64,000 nt of DNA from Planctomycetota bacterium (lineage in GTDB: Bacteria; Planctomycetota; UBA1135; JAKEFM01): assembly GCA_022616055.1 (NCBI GenBank), contig JAKEFM010000003.1:5091-69090 (forward strand), given 5' to 3'. The notes beneath the pieces are model-generated. The model was given only the letters and a program-made list of their open reading frames with translations, had not been told where the DNA came from and made no database searches. Position 1 is the stretch's first letter; each line of letters starts with the position of its first letter. This document shows, in pieces, positions 57,063 through 64,000 of this stretch. A program made the translations under genes and the position numbers.

Positions 57063-57979
57063 GGGTTCTTCTTCCCGCGCACGACCGACCCGATCGCGCG
57101 GTAGACGAGCCGGGCCGTCAGGAACTCGCAGGCGTGGAGCCCCGGCCGCGGCATCAGCTCGACGAAGTCCATCGCGACGATCCGGCGGGCGCGGGCGGCG
57201 GCGTCGATGATCCGGAGGACGGGTTCCCAGAGGAGCCCCCCGGGCTCGGGCGTGCCCGTGGCGGGCATCAAGGAGGAGTCGAACCCGTCGACGTCGAAGG
57301 AGAGGTAGATCGGGTCGGGGAGGCAGGAGGCGATCGCCGAGGGGAGGGCGTCGCCGAAGGAGGCAAGGTCGTGAGCGTAGAAGGTGAGGCACTCCCCCGC
57401 CGGCGGCTTCTCGACGGCGCCGGGCCGCGCGCGGCGGGTGATCGCCGCCTCCTCGGAGGAGAGGCTGCGGACCCCGACCTGGACGATCGCGACCTTCTCC
57501 TCGAGGACGCGGCGCATCACGCAGCCGTGGCCGTAGTTCGTCCCCTCGTACTCGTCGCGGAGGTCCCCGTGGGCGTCGAAGTGGAGGACGCCGACGGTCG
57601 GGAAGGCGCGCTTCACGGCGCGGAGAGGGCCGAGGGTGATCGAGTGCTCGCCCCCGAGGATCACGGGAACCTGGCCGCGGCCCAGGATCTCCCCCACCTT
57701 CTTCTCGAGGGCGGGGGCGAGGGCTTCGGGCGGGCCAGGGAACGGGAACGGAGGGAGCGTGGTGATCCCGGCCTCGTAGGGCTCGTCTTCCCCCCGCTCG
57801 TCGTAGAGCTCGACCTGGGCCGAGGCGGTGAGGATCGCGGCGGGCCCCTGCGCGGTCCCCTGCGCGTAGGTCGTCGTCTTCTCGTAGGGGACCGGGAGGA
57901 CGGCGAAGCGGGCGCGGGCCGGGTCGCAGGCGGGGGGCTCGAGGCCGAGGAAGGCCCCCTCGGGCGGGAAGGAGGACAC
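57059..57979 (-). CDS. speB: Agmatinase
   Basis: GGEHS, HFDAHGD, QVGVRS, SFDVDGFD..LMPATGTPEPGG. Confidence 0.95.
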   Translation of the reverse strand: MSSFPPEGAFLGLEPPACDPARARFAVLPVPYEKTTTYAQGTAQGPAAILTASAQVELYDERGEDEPYEAGITTLPPFPFPGPPEALAPALEKKVGEILGRGQVPVILGGEHSITLGPLRAVKRAFPTVGVLHFDAHGDLRDEYEGTNYGHGCVMRRVLEEKVAIVQVGVRSLSSEEAAITRRARPGAVEKPPAGECLTFYAHDLASFGDALPSAIASCLPDPIYLSFDVDGFDSSLMPATGTPEPGGLLWEPVLRIIDAAARARRIVAMDFVELMPRPGLHACEFLTARLVYRAIGSVVRGKKNP

Positions 57980-57982
57980 GGC

Positions 57983-58543
57983 TCAGCCGACGAGGACCGC
58001 GGCGGCGAGCACGGTCGTCCACCAGCCGTTCTTCGCGCCCTGCGCGGTCTGGGTGATGTTCGTCGTCCGGTAGATCCGGTTCGAGATCTTCCAGAGGGCC
58101 TTGCGCTCGTCGTAGGAGGCGTCCGCGTCGTAGTCGACGCCGAGGACCGTGCAGAGCATCGAGGCGGCGAGGTCCTCCGCGTACTCCCCCGCCGATTCCT
58201 CGTCCTCCCCGTAGGAGTGGTGCTCGGAGAGGTAGCCGTACATCGCCGGGTCCTTCGGGATCGCGAGGCCGATCGAGGAGGAGATGAGGCGCCGGTTCTC
58301 GTTCGTCTCGCTGCGGGCCATCACGGAGAAGGTGACCTGCCCCGCCCGCATCTTCTTCAGCCCCTTCTCGATCGGGATCAGCTTGCAGTAGGGAGGGAAG
58401 ATGCTCGAGACGGAGACGAGGTTGTAGCAGGCGATCCGGGCCTTGCGCAGCGCCATCTCGAAGGAGGTGAGCCGCTCCTTGTGGATGCCCACCCCTTTCG
58501 TGAGGAAGATCTCCCTCGCGGTGAATGGATTGCCTTCGGCCAT
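57983..58543 (-). CDS. pdaD: Pyruvoyl-dependent arginine decarboxylase
   Basis: FLTKGVG.H, SFEMALR.A.IA.YNLVSVSSIFPP (SS self-cleavage site), GYLSEH, WTTVLAAAV. Confidence 0.93.
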   Translation of the reverse strand: MAEGNPFTAREIFLTKGVGIHKERLTSFEMALRKARIACYNLVSVSSIFPPYCKLIPIEKGLKKMRAGQVTFSVMARSETNENRRLISSSIGLAIPKDPAMYGYLSEHHSYGEDEESAGEYAEDLAASMLCTVLGVDYDADASYDERKALWKISNRIYRTTNITQTAQGAKNGWWTTVLAAAVLVG

Positions 58544-58614
58544 GAACGTCGCGCCGCCCTCGCGGCGATTCGGGCCGACGCGGAAGGGCGCGCCGGGGCT
58601 CCTTGGGGCGGGCG

Positions 58615-58643
58615 CTTATACCGGATGCCCCGCGCAGCGGCAA
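58615..58643 (-). promoter_or_regulatory. Sigma-70-type promoter for pdaD-speB
   Basis: TTGCCG-17 nt-TATAAG about 70 nt upstream of the pdaD ATG. Confidence 0.55.
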
Positions 58644-58649
58644 CGAGGG

Positions 58650-59195
58650 CTAGACGCCCTCGCCGCCGACCGGCCGGGGATCGCGCGCGACGACGCGGTT
58701 GCCCCCGAGCGAGGCGGCTTCCCGCAGGCCCTCCTCGGCGGCGAAGACGAGCGCGTCGTAGAAGAGGGTGTTGCGGTCCCGGTAGCAGGCGACGCCGAGG
58801 CTCGCGGTGGCGCGGAAGGGCCTCCCCCCCTCGACGTCGACCTCGAGCGCGGCGAGGGCGGCCCGCACCCGCTCGGCGAGGGCGTGCGCCCCGTCGAGGT
58901 CGGTGTGCGGGAGGACGACGAGGAGGCGGTCGTCGGGGAACCGCCCGAGGAAGTCGCAGGAGCGCGACTCCCGCCGCACGAGGCCCATCGCCCGCTCGCG
59001 GACGAGGTCCCGCGCGCGGTGGCCGTGGAGGTCGCGCAGCGTCTCCAGCCCGTCGACGCGCAGGAGGAGGAGGGAGAGGGGGTACTCGTAGCGGCGGGCC
59101 CGGGCGAACTCGACCGTCAGCAAGTGGATCACCTGCGGGTAGGAGAACAGCCCTGGGTCGCCCGCGCCGGGGAGGGGGGAGCGGATCTCGGCCAT
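58650..59195 (-). CDS. Stand-alone degenerate GGDEF-domain protein
   Basis: EFARARRYEYPLSLLLLRVDGL..L.D.HGH; active site reads FPDDR; RSCD I-site; ATASLGVA; GGNRVV. Confidence 0.88.
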   Translation of the reverse strand: MAEIRSPLPGAGDPGLFSYPQVIHLLTVEFARARRYEYPLSLLLLRVDGLETLRDLHGHRARDLVRERAMGLVRRESRSCDFLGRFPDDRLLVVLPHTDLDGAHALAERVRAALAALEVDVEGGRPFRATASLGVACYRDRNTLFYDALVFAAEEGLREAASLGGNRVVARDPRPVGGEGV

Positions 59196-59247
59196 GGACG
59201 CGGGAGAGAGTATCGAGTCCCCCCCGCCGGAAGAATGAGGCGGGTTG

Positions 59248-59285
59248 AAAAAAAAAGGTCCCCCTCCCACAAGAGAGGGGAACCT
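59248..59285 (-). terminator. Rho-independent terminator
   Basis: GGTTCCCCTCTC-TTGT-GGGAGGGGGACC (12-bp stem, two G-U pairs) followed by T9. Confidence 0.88.
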
Positions 59286-59454
59286 CGAAGGATGGGCGAG
59301 GCCGGTCGCGGAGAGGGCGGTTAGGGAGGGGAAAAGTCTCCGCAGCCGGCGCTCACTCCCACCTCTTCATTCGCAGCATTCGTTCCCGGCTCCGCCCAAC
59401 CTCGGCGGAGGGTGGCCGGAACCGGGAGAGCAAACAGGGGGCCGCCCGCCATGA
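59248..59454 (-). ncRNA. Putative structured small RNA (~205 nt)
   Basis: Lies between a TTGACA promoter and a terminator; two long hairpins (59422-59382, 59368-59287), the second with a 22-nt C/U-rich loop. Confidence 0.6.
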
Positions 59455-59460
59455 CGTGGA

Positions 59461-59489
59461 ATCAGAATTCCTAACGGGACCAATGTCAA
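59461..59489 (-). promoter_or_regulatory. Sigma-70-type promoter of the putative sRNA
   Basis: Perfect TTGACA (59489-59484), 17 nt, TCTGAT (weak -10); ATCCGG-N7-CCGGAT inverted repeat just upstream at 59498-59516. Confidence 0.55.
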
Positions 59490-59672
59490 CACCTTCTATC
59501 CGGGAGTATTCCGGATGCCAGCCCCTCCCCCCCTCGAGGGAGGTTCAAGGATCTCGACACCCGTCGAGGGAACGCGACGTTTCCCTCCGCGAGGGGGGAG
59601 CGTTTCCAGGGGGGGGCCGCGCGGATATGACCTCCTCGCCCGCCGCGAGGCGACGCACGCCCCGCCGAGTCC

Positions 59673-61283
59673 ATGGTCCTCCTCCCCTTCCTCCTCCCCC
59701 TCGTCCCGGCCGCGCAGGTCGAGGTGCACGAGGTCGCCCGGCTCCTGCGGCCGACCCCGGAGACTCCCGCCTCCCGGTACGGCTCGCACATCCTCACGCC
59801 CGAGGACGAGGAGGAACGGACCACCGCCTTCCTCCCCCCCTCCGGCCGCCTCGGCTTCCTCTCCGCCGATTCCCTCCAACAGATCCTCCGGCGCGCCGCC
59901 GGCGAGGAGGGGTTCGCCGTCGACCCCCTCGGGGAGGCCTGGCTCCTCCGGGGCGCCTCCTCCGCGCAGGCGAAGGCGAGGGACCTGCTCTCCGCGCTCC
60001 GCGCCGCGGCGTCGCGGCGCGTCGAGCTCGAGGTCTCCTTCCTCGAGACCTCCGCGGGGAAGGGAGGGGAGGGCGGGAAGAGCCTCGCCTCGACCCGCCT
60101 CGACCTCGTTCCCGGCGCGCTCGGGTCCTACGAGAAGCGGGCGGACCGGACGTTCCTGATGGACTACGACGTGGAGGTCGCGGAGCGCGCCTCCGTCGCC
60201 GACCCGCAGTTCGGGACGATCCTCGCCGGCCTCGGCCTCGACCTGCGCGCGCACCTCCTCGCGGACGGGCGGGTCCACCTGACCCTCCTCGCCGACCGGG
60301 GGGAGGCGCTCGGGTCGGCGCCCTTCGACACCGGCGCGGAGGGGCTCGGCACGCTCGACATCCCCCGGGTCGGCGTCGCGGCGATCGCCTCCTGCGCCTC
60401 GATCCGGGAAGGGGAGAGCGCCCGCTTCGAGGTGCGGGGCCTCGGGGCGGAGGACGGGCCGGGCTTCGTCCTCTCGATCCGGGCGAAGTCGGTCCCCCGG
60501 GAGGAGCCCCTCCCCGACGGCACGCGCCTCTTCTCCGTGGGATTCCTCGCCGACGCCGGAGGGAGGCTCCTCCCCCGGCTTGACGAGCGCCTCCGGGCCG
60601 TGGCGGACGAGGAGGCGCCCGATCCCGAGACGATCCCCCCGTCCCGTTTCCTCGAGTGGCTTCGGGAGGCGCTGGGTCCGGGGCGGTTCGACTCCCTCCT
60701 CGGAGGTGGCGCGCTCGCGGTCCCCTGCTCGGATTCCCGGGTCGCGCTCTCGGGCCTCCCGGAGGAGGTGCTCGCCCGCGCCGGGGAGATCCGGAAGTCG
60801 ATCGAGACTCCCCTCGCGTCGGGCGCCTCCCTCCTCCTCGAGATCGGGGCCGGTGGGGAGGGGCCGTCCCGGTCGGCCCGGCTCGCCGTGACGGTCGGCC
60901 GCGCCTGCGGGGCGGTCGTCGGCCTCGAGTCGACGCGCGTCGCCGACTACGACGTCGAGATCGCGCAACGCTCCGTCGCCGCCGATCCGGTCGTCGTCCG
61001 GGAGTTCGACGGGATCGTCTTCCGCGCCGGCCTCCTCGCCCTCGAGGGGGACCGGGCGACCCTGGAGGTCGAGCTCCTCGCCCGCGCCATCGGCCCGCGC
61101 GCGCGCCGCGCGACGGGAGCCCGCCATCTCGGGGACGTCGAGACCGCGCCCGTGGAGCGCGCGCAGGTGCGGACGATCCTCTCCCTCGGGCCGGGGGAGC
61201 GCCTCCTCCTCGGCGAGGTCCCGGCCCCGGGGGCGGACGGATCGCGCCTCCCGGCCTACCTCTCGGCGAGCCCGCTCCGGTGA
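59673..61283 (+). CDS. Secreted protein with two tandem secretin-like beta modules
   Basis: Signal peptide MVLLPFLLPLVPAAQ; internal duplication DYDVEVAERASVADP / DYDVEIAQRSVAADP. Confidence 0.7.
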   Translation: MVLLPFLLPLVPAAQVEVHEVARLLRPTPETPASRYGSHILTPEDEEERTTAFLPPSGRLGFLSADSLQQILRRAAGEEGFAVDPLGEAWLLRGASSAQAKARDLLSALRAAASRRVELEVSFLETSAGKGGEGGKSLASTRLDLVPGALGSYEKRADRTFLMDYDVEVAERASVADPQFGTILAGLGLDLRAHLLADGRVHLTLLADRGEALGSAPFDTGAEGLGTLDIPRVGVAAIASCASIREGESARFEVRGLGAEDGPGFVLSIRAKSVPREEPLPDGTRLFSVGFLADAGGRLLPRLDERLRAVADEEAPDPETIPPSRFLEWLREALGPGRFDSLLGGGALAVPCSDSRVALSGLPEEVLARAGEIRKSIETPLASGASLLLEIGAGGEGPSRSARLAVTVGRACGAVVGLESTRVADYDVEIAQRSVAADPVVVREFDGIVFRAGLLALEGDRATLEVELLARAIGPRARRATGARHLGDVETAPVERAQVRTILSLGPGERLLLGEVPAPGADGSRLPAYLSASPLR

Positions 61284-61323
61284 AACTTGCCGATGTACCT
61301 ATAATTGTTCCTCCGGTGCGCGG

Positions 61324-62760
61324 ATGAAGCTCGGCCTCCACCAAAGTCTCCGTCTGGAGCAGCGACTCCTCCAGTCGCCGCAGATGATCCAGGCGATGCA
61401 GATCCTGCAGCTGCCGGGCCTGGAGCTGCGGGAGCGGGTGGAGCGGGAGCTGGAGGAGAACCCCTTCCTCGAGGTCGTCGAGCCGGAGGCGCCGCGGGCG
61501 GAGGAACCGCATCCGAGCCTGGAGGGGCGCTCGGCCGACGGGTCGCGGCTCGAGCTGATCGGGCGACTCGAGCGGCTCCTCGACGAGAAGCCCCAGGGCG
61601 GAGGGAGCCCCTCGCGCGGGTCCTACGACGGGGAGGAGGACGCGCACTACGACGCGCTCCTCAACACCCCCGACCCGCACGGGACGATCGCCGACCGGAT
61701 GCTCCCCGACCTTCGCGGGGAGGAGCTGACGGACCGGGAGCGGCGGATCGGCGAGTACATCCTGAACTGCCTCGACCAGCGCGGGTACCTCGCCTCGAGC
61801 CTGGAGGAGATCTCCATGGCGCTCGCCGGCGAGCTCCCCGGGGTGAGCGTCGAGGAGGTCGCCGCCGTCCTCGACCGGGTCCGCCGCCTCGGCCCCCCGG
61901 GGCTCGGGGCGCGGGACCTGAAGGAGTGCCTCCTCCTCCAGATCGAGCGGCTCGGGGGGCGCGGCGACCTCGAGCGGCTCCTCGTCGAGAGCTACCTCTC
62001 CGACCTCGCGAACAACCGCCTCCCGAAGGTCGCGCGCGAGACGGGGAGGAGCCTCGAGGAGATCAAGGAGGCGTACGCCTTCCTGCGGACGCTCAACCCC
62101 TCCCCCGGCGCGCAGCTCGACGGGGGCCGCGCGGCGGCGATCGCCCCCGACGTGATCGTGGAGGAGGTCGAGGGGGAGCCCTCCGTCTCCCTCGAGCGCG
62201 GGGACATCCCGGCCGTGCGGGTCTCCCCCGACTTCCGCCGCATGCTCGAGGAGGCGAAGTCCGACCGCGGCGCCTTCGAGCTCCTGCGGCGCAAGCTCGA
62301 GAGCGCGAAGTGGCTGATCGAGGCGATCGGCCAGCGGGAGTCGACGCTGCTCCGGATCTCGAAGGAGATCGTCAAGCGCCAGCGCGACTTCCTCGAGAAC
62401 GGCCCCTCGCGGCTGCGGCCGATGCGGATGCAGGAGGTCGCCGACGCCGTCGGCGTCCACATCTCGACGGTGAGCCGGGCGATCAAGGGGAAGTACCTCC
62501 AGTCCCCGCGCGGGATCGTCGAGATGCGCTCCTTCTTCACGGGGGGGACGGAGATGGAGAGCGGGGAGGTCGAGTCGCAGACGGCGATCAAGGAGCGGGT
62601 GCGGGGGCTGGTCGAGAAGGAGGACCCCCGGACGCCCCTCTCCGACGAGGAGATCGCCGACCGCCTGCGCGAGCAGGGGCTCGGGATCGCGCGCCGGACC
62701 GTGACGAAGTACCGCCGCACGCTCGGGATCCCCCCGAGCAGCGTGCGGCGCGCCTATTAG
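61324..62760 (+). CDS. rpoN: RNA polymerase sigma-54 factor
   Basis: PQMIQAMQILQL, ELEENPFLE, GLGARDLKECL, GVHISTVSRA, PLSD, RpoN box ARRTVTKYR; TATAAT at 61300-61305 upstream. Confidence 0.97.
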   Translation: MKLGLHQSLRLEQRLLQSPQMIQAMQILQLPGLELRERVERELEENPFLEVVEPEAPRAEEPHPSLEGRSADGSRLELIGRLERLLDEKPQGGGSPSRGSYDGEEDAHYDALLNTPDPHGTIADRMLPDLRGEELTDRERRIGEYILNCLDQRGYLASSLEEISMALAGELPGVSVEEVAAVLDRVRRLGPPGLGARDLKECLLLQIERLGGRGDLERLLVESYLSDLANNRLPKVARETGRSLEEIKEAYAFLRTLNPSPGAQLDGGRAAAIAPDVIVEEVEGEPSVSLERGDIPAVRVSPDFRRMLEEAKSDRGAFELLRRKLESAKWLIEAIGQRESTLLRISKEIVKRQRDFLENGPSRLRPMRMQEVADAVGVHISTVSRAIKGKYLQSPRGIVEMRSFFTGGTEMESGEVESQTAIKERVRGLVEKEDPRTPLSDEEIADRLREQGLGIARRTVTKYRRTLGIPPSSVRRAY

Positions 62761-62826
62761 GCTCCCTTGCCGCCGCCGGCCCGCGCCGGTACAAGGGCGG
62801 CCGTCCGCCGCCCCCCAACCGTCCTC

Positions 62827-63993
62827 ATGGCCCGCCGCCCCCCGAGCGATAAGGAACGGTATCTCTCCGGCGAGCCCGTCGACCCCCCCACGGTCGAGGG
62901 GGACGCCGCCGTCGCCGATCTGATCGACAAGTCCTTCCTCGCCTACAACGCGGGAAGGCTGCGCGACGCCTGCCGGCTCCTCGTCGAGCGGATCCTCAAG
63001 CCCGACGTGACGATCGGGGTCTCCCTCGCGGGGGCCATGACGCCCGCCGGCCTGGGCCGTTCCTGCGTGATCCCCTGGATCCGGGCGGGGTTCGTCGACT
63101 GGATCGTCTCGACGGGGGCGAACCTCTACCACGACGCCCACTACGCGCTCGGCTTCCGCATGCGGCGCGGCTCCCCCCACCTCGACGACAAGGAGCTGGC
63201 GCGGCTCGGAGTCGTCCGGATCTACGACCTCGTCTTCGACTACGACATCCTCCTGCGCACGGACGAGTTCTTCCGCCAGCTCCTGCGGACGAAGCCCTTC
63301 CAGCGCCCGATGTCGACGGCGGAGTTCCACGACCTGATCGGGCGCGCCCTCCTCGAGCGCAACGGCGCCCTCGAGCGGGCCCGCGGCGCCGGCGCCTCCC
63401 GCGACGGGACCCCCCCCTACGAGTGCGTCCTCACGGCGGCCCACCGCGCGGGGGTCCCGATCTACACCTCCTCCCCCGGGGACTCCTCGATCGGGATGAA
63501 CGTCGCCGAGGTCGCGATGAAGGAAGAGACCTCCTTCGCCTTCGACGTGCTCGCCGACGTGAACGAGACGACCGCCCTCGTCTACGACGCGAAGAAGTCG
63601 GGCGGCCGCCACGCCGCCGTCATGTTCGGCGGGGGCTCGCCGAAGAACTTCCTCCTCCAGACCGAGCCCCAGATCCGGGAGGTCTTCGGCCTCGAGGAGG
63701 CGGGGCACGACTACTACCTCCAGGTGACCGACGCGCGCCCCGACACCGGCGGGCTCTCCGGGGCGACTCCCGGCGAGGCGGTCTCCTGGGGGAAGGTCGA
63801 CCCGACGAAGCTCGCCGACGCGATCGTCGTCTACGCGGACACGACGATCGCCCTCCCCCTCCTCACCGCCTACGTCCTCGCGCGCTGCCGCCCGCGGACG
63901 CAGCGCCGCCTCTACGACCGCCGCGCGGAGGCCCTCGAGCGGGTGCGGAGCGACCTCCGTTTGACACCGTCCCGTCGCGGGCTATCCTCCTAG
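62827..63993 (+). CDS. Deoxyhypusine synthase-like protein (probable homospermidine synthase, SpeY-like)
   Basis: AYNAGRL, AGAMTPAGLG, STGANLYHD.H, DSSIG, GGGSPKNF, D.GGLSGATPGEAVSWGK (catalytic Lys present). Confidence 0.92.
   Translation: MARRPPSDKERYLSGEPVDPPTVEGDAAVADLIDKSFLAYNAGRLRDACRLLVERILKPDVTIGVSLAGAMTPAGLGRSCVIPWIRAGFVDWIVSTGANLYHDAHYALGFRMRRGSPHLDDKELARLGVVRIYDLVFDYDILLRTDEFFRQLLRTKPFQRPMSTAEFHDLIGRALLERNGALERARGAGASRDGTPPYECVLTAAHRAGVPIYTSSPGDSSIGMNVAEVAMKEETSFAFDVLADVNETTALVYDAKKSGGRHAAVMFGGGSPKNFLLQTEPQIREVFGLEEAGHDYYLQVTDARPDTGGLSGATPGEAVSWGKVDPTKLADAIVVYADTTIALPLLTAYVLARCRPRTQRRLYDRRAEALERVRSDLRLTPSRRGLSS
63961..63988 (+). promoter_or_regulatory. Sigma-70 promoter for a gene beyond the window edge
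   Basis: TTGACA-16 nt-TATCCT at the 3' end of the DHS-like gene. Confidence 0.55.
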
Positions 63994-64000
63994 CGCCCCG

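Noticed and set aside
59248-59454. c-di-GMP riboswitch or 6S RNA identity for the structured RNA
   Set aside because: No GEMM core (GGGCAAA..GAAA..GACGCAAAG) in the sense orientation and no single rod with a central bubble as in 6S.
59520-59672. Several short hairpins upstream of the secretin-like gene
   Set aside because: GC-only stems with no U-tract or recognisable motif.

Overview
A 64-kb window from a very GC-rich diderm bacterium, most likely an uncultured Planctomycetota member. That call is an inference from a Planctomycete-type small signature protein, many HEAT/TPR lipoproteins, ECF sigma factors with long extracytoplasmic extensions and DUF1573. Most long ORFs in the supplied track are GC-rich shadow frames; about 50 real genes can be recovered by trimming to true starts. 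The backbone is housekeeping: dusB (partial), a CCA-type nucleotidyltransferase, dxr-rseP-ubiA, purM, purC-purE-mtnA, galE, glyA, lpxH-cmk-rpsA-tyrS, an NtrC-family regulator, rpoN, and a polyamine set (pyruvoyl arginine decarboxylase, agmatinase, deoxyhypusine-synthase-like enzyme). No rRNA, tRNA, CRISPR array or intact transposase was seen. The most interesting signals are: (1) a CxxC/RAPP leader peptide whose RAP codons are the exact 10-nt reverse complement of the Shine-Dalgarno region of a downstream porin/SBP/permease-HEAT metal-uptake operon that has no ATPase; (2) two paralogous membrane-anchored ECF sigma fusions sharing a 38-bp upstream promoter module and a conserved internal SD+ATG that could yield a sigma-less isoform; (3) a ~205-nt structured RNA candidate with its own promoter, terminator and an exposed anti-SD loop; (4) a 28-bp dif-like XerCD site; (5) repeated leaderless-type promoters, including a palindromic bidirectional -10 box. 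All calls come from reading the sequence by eye; no database searches were run.
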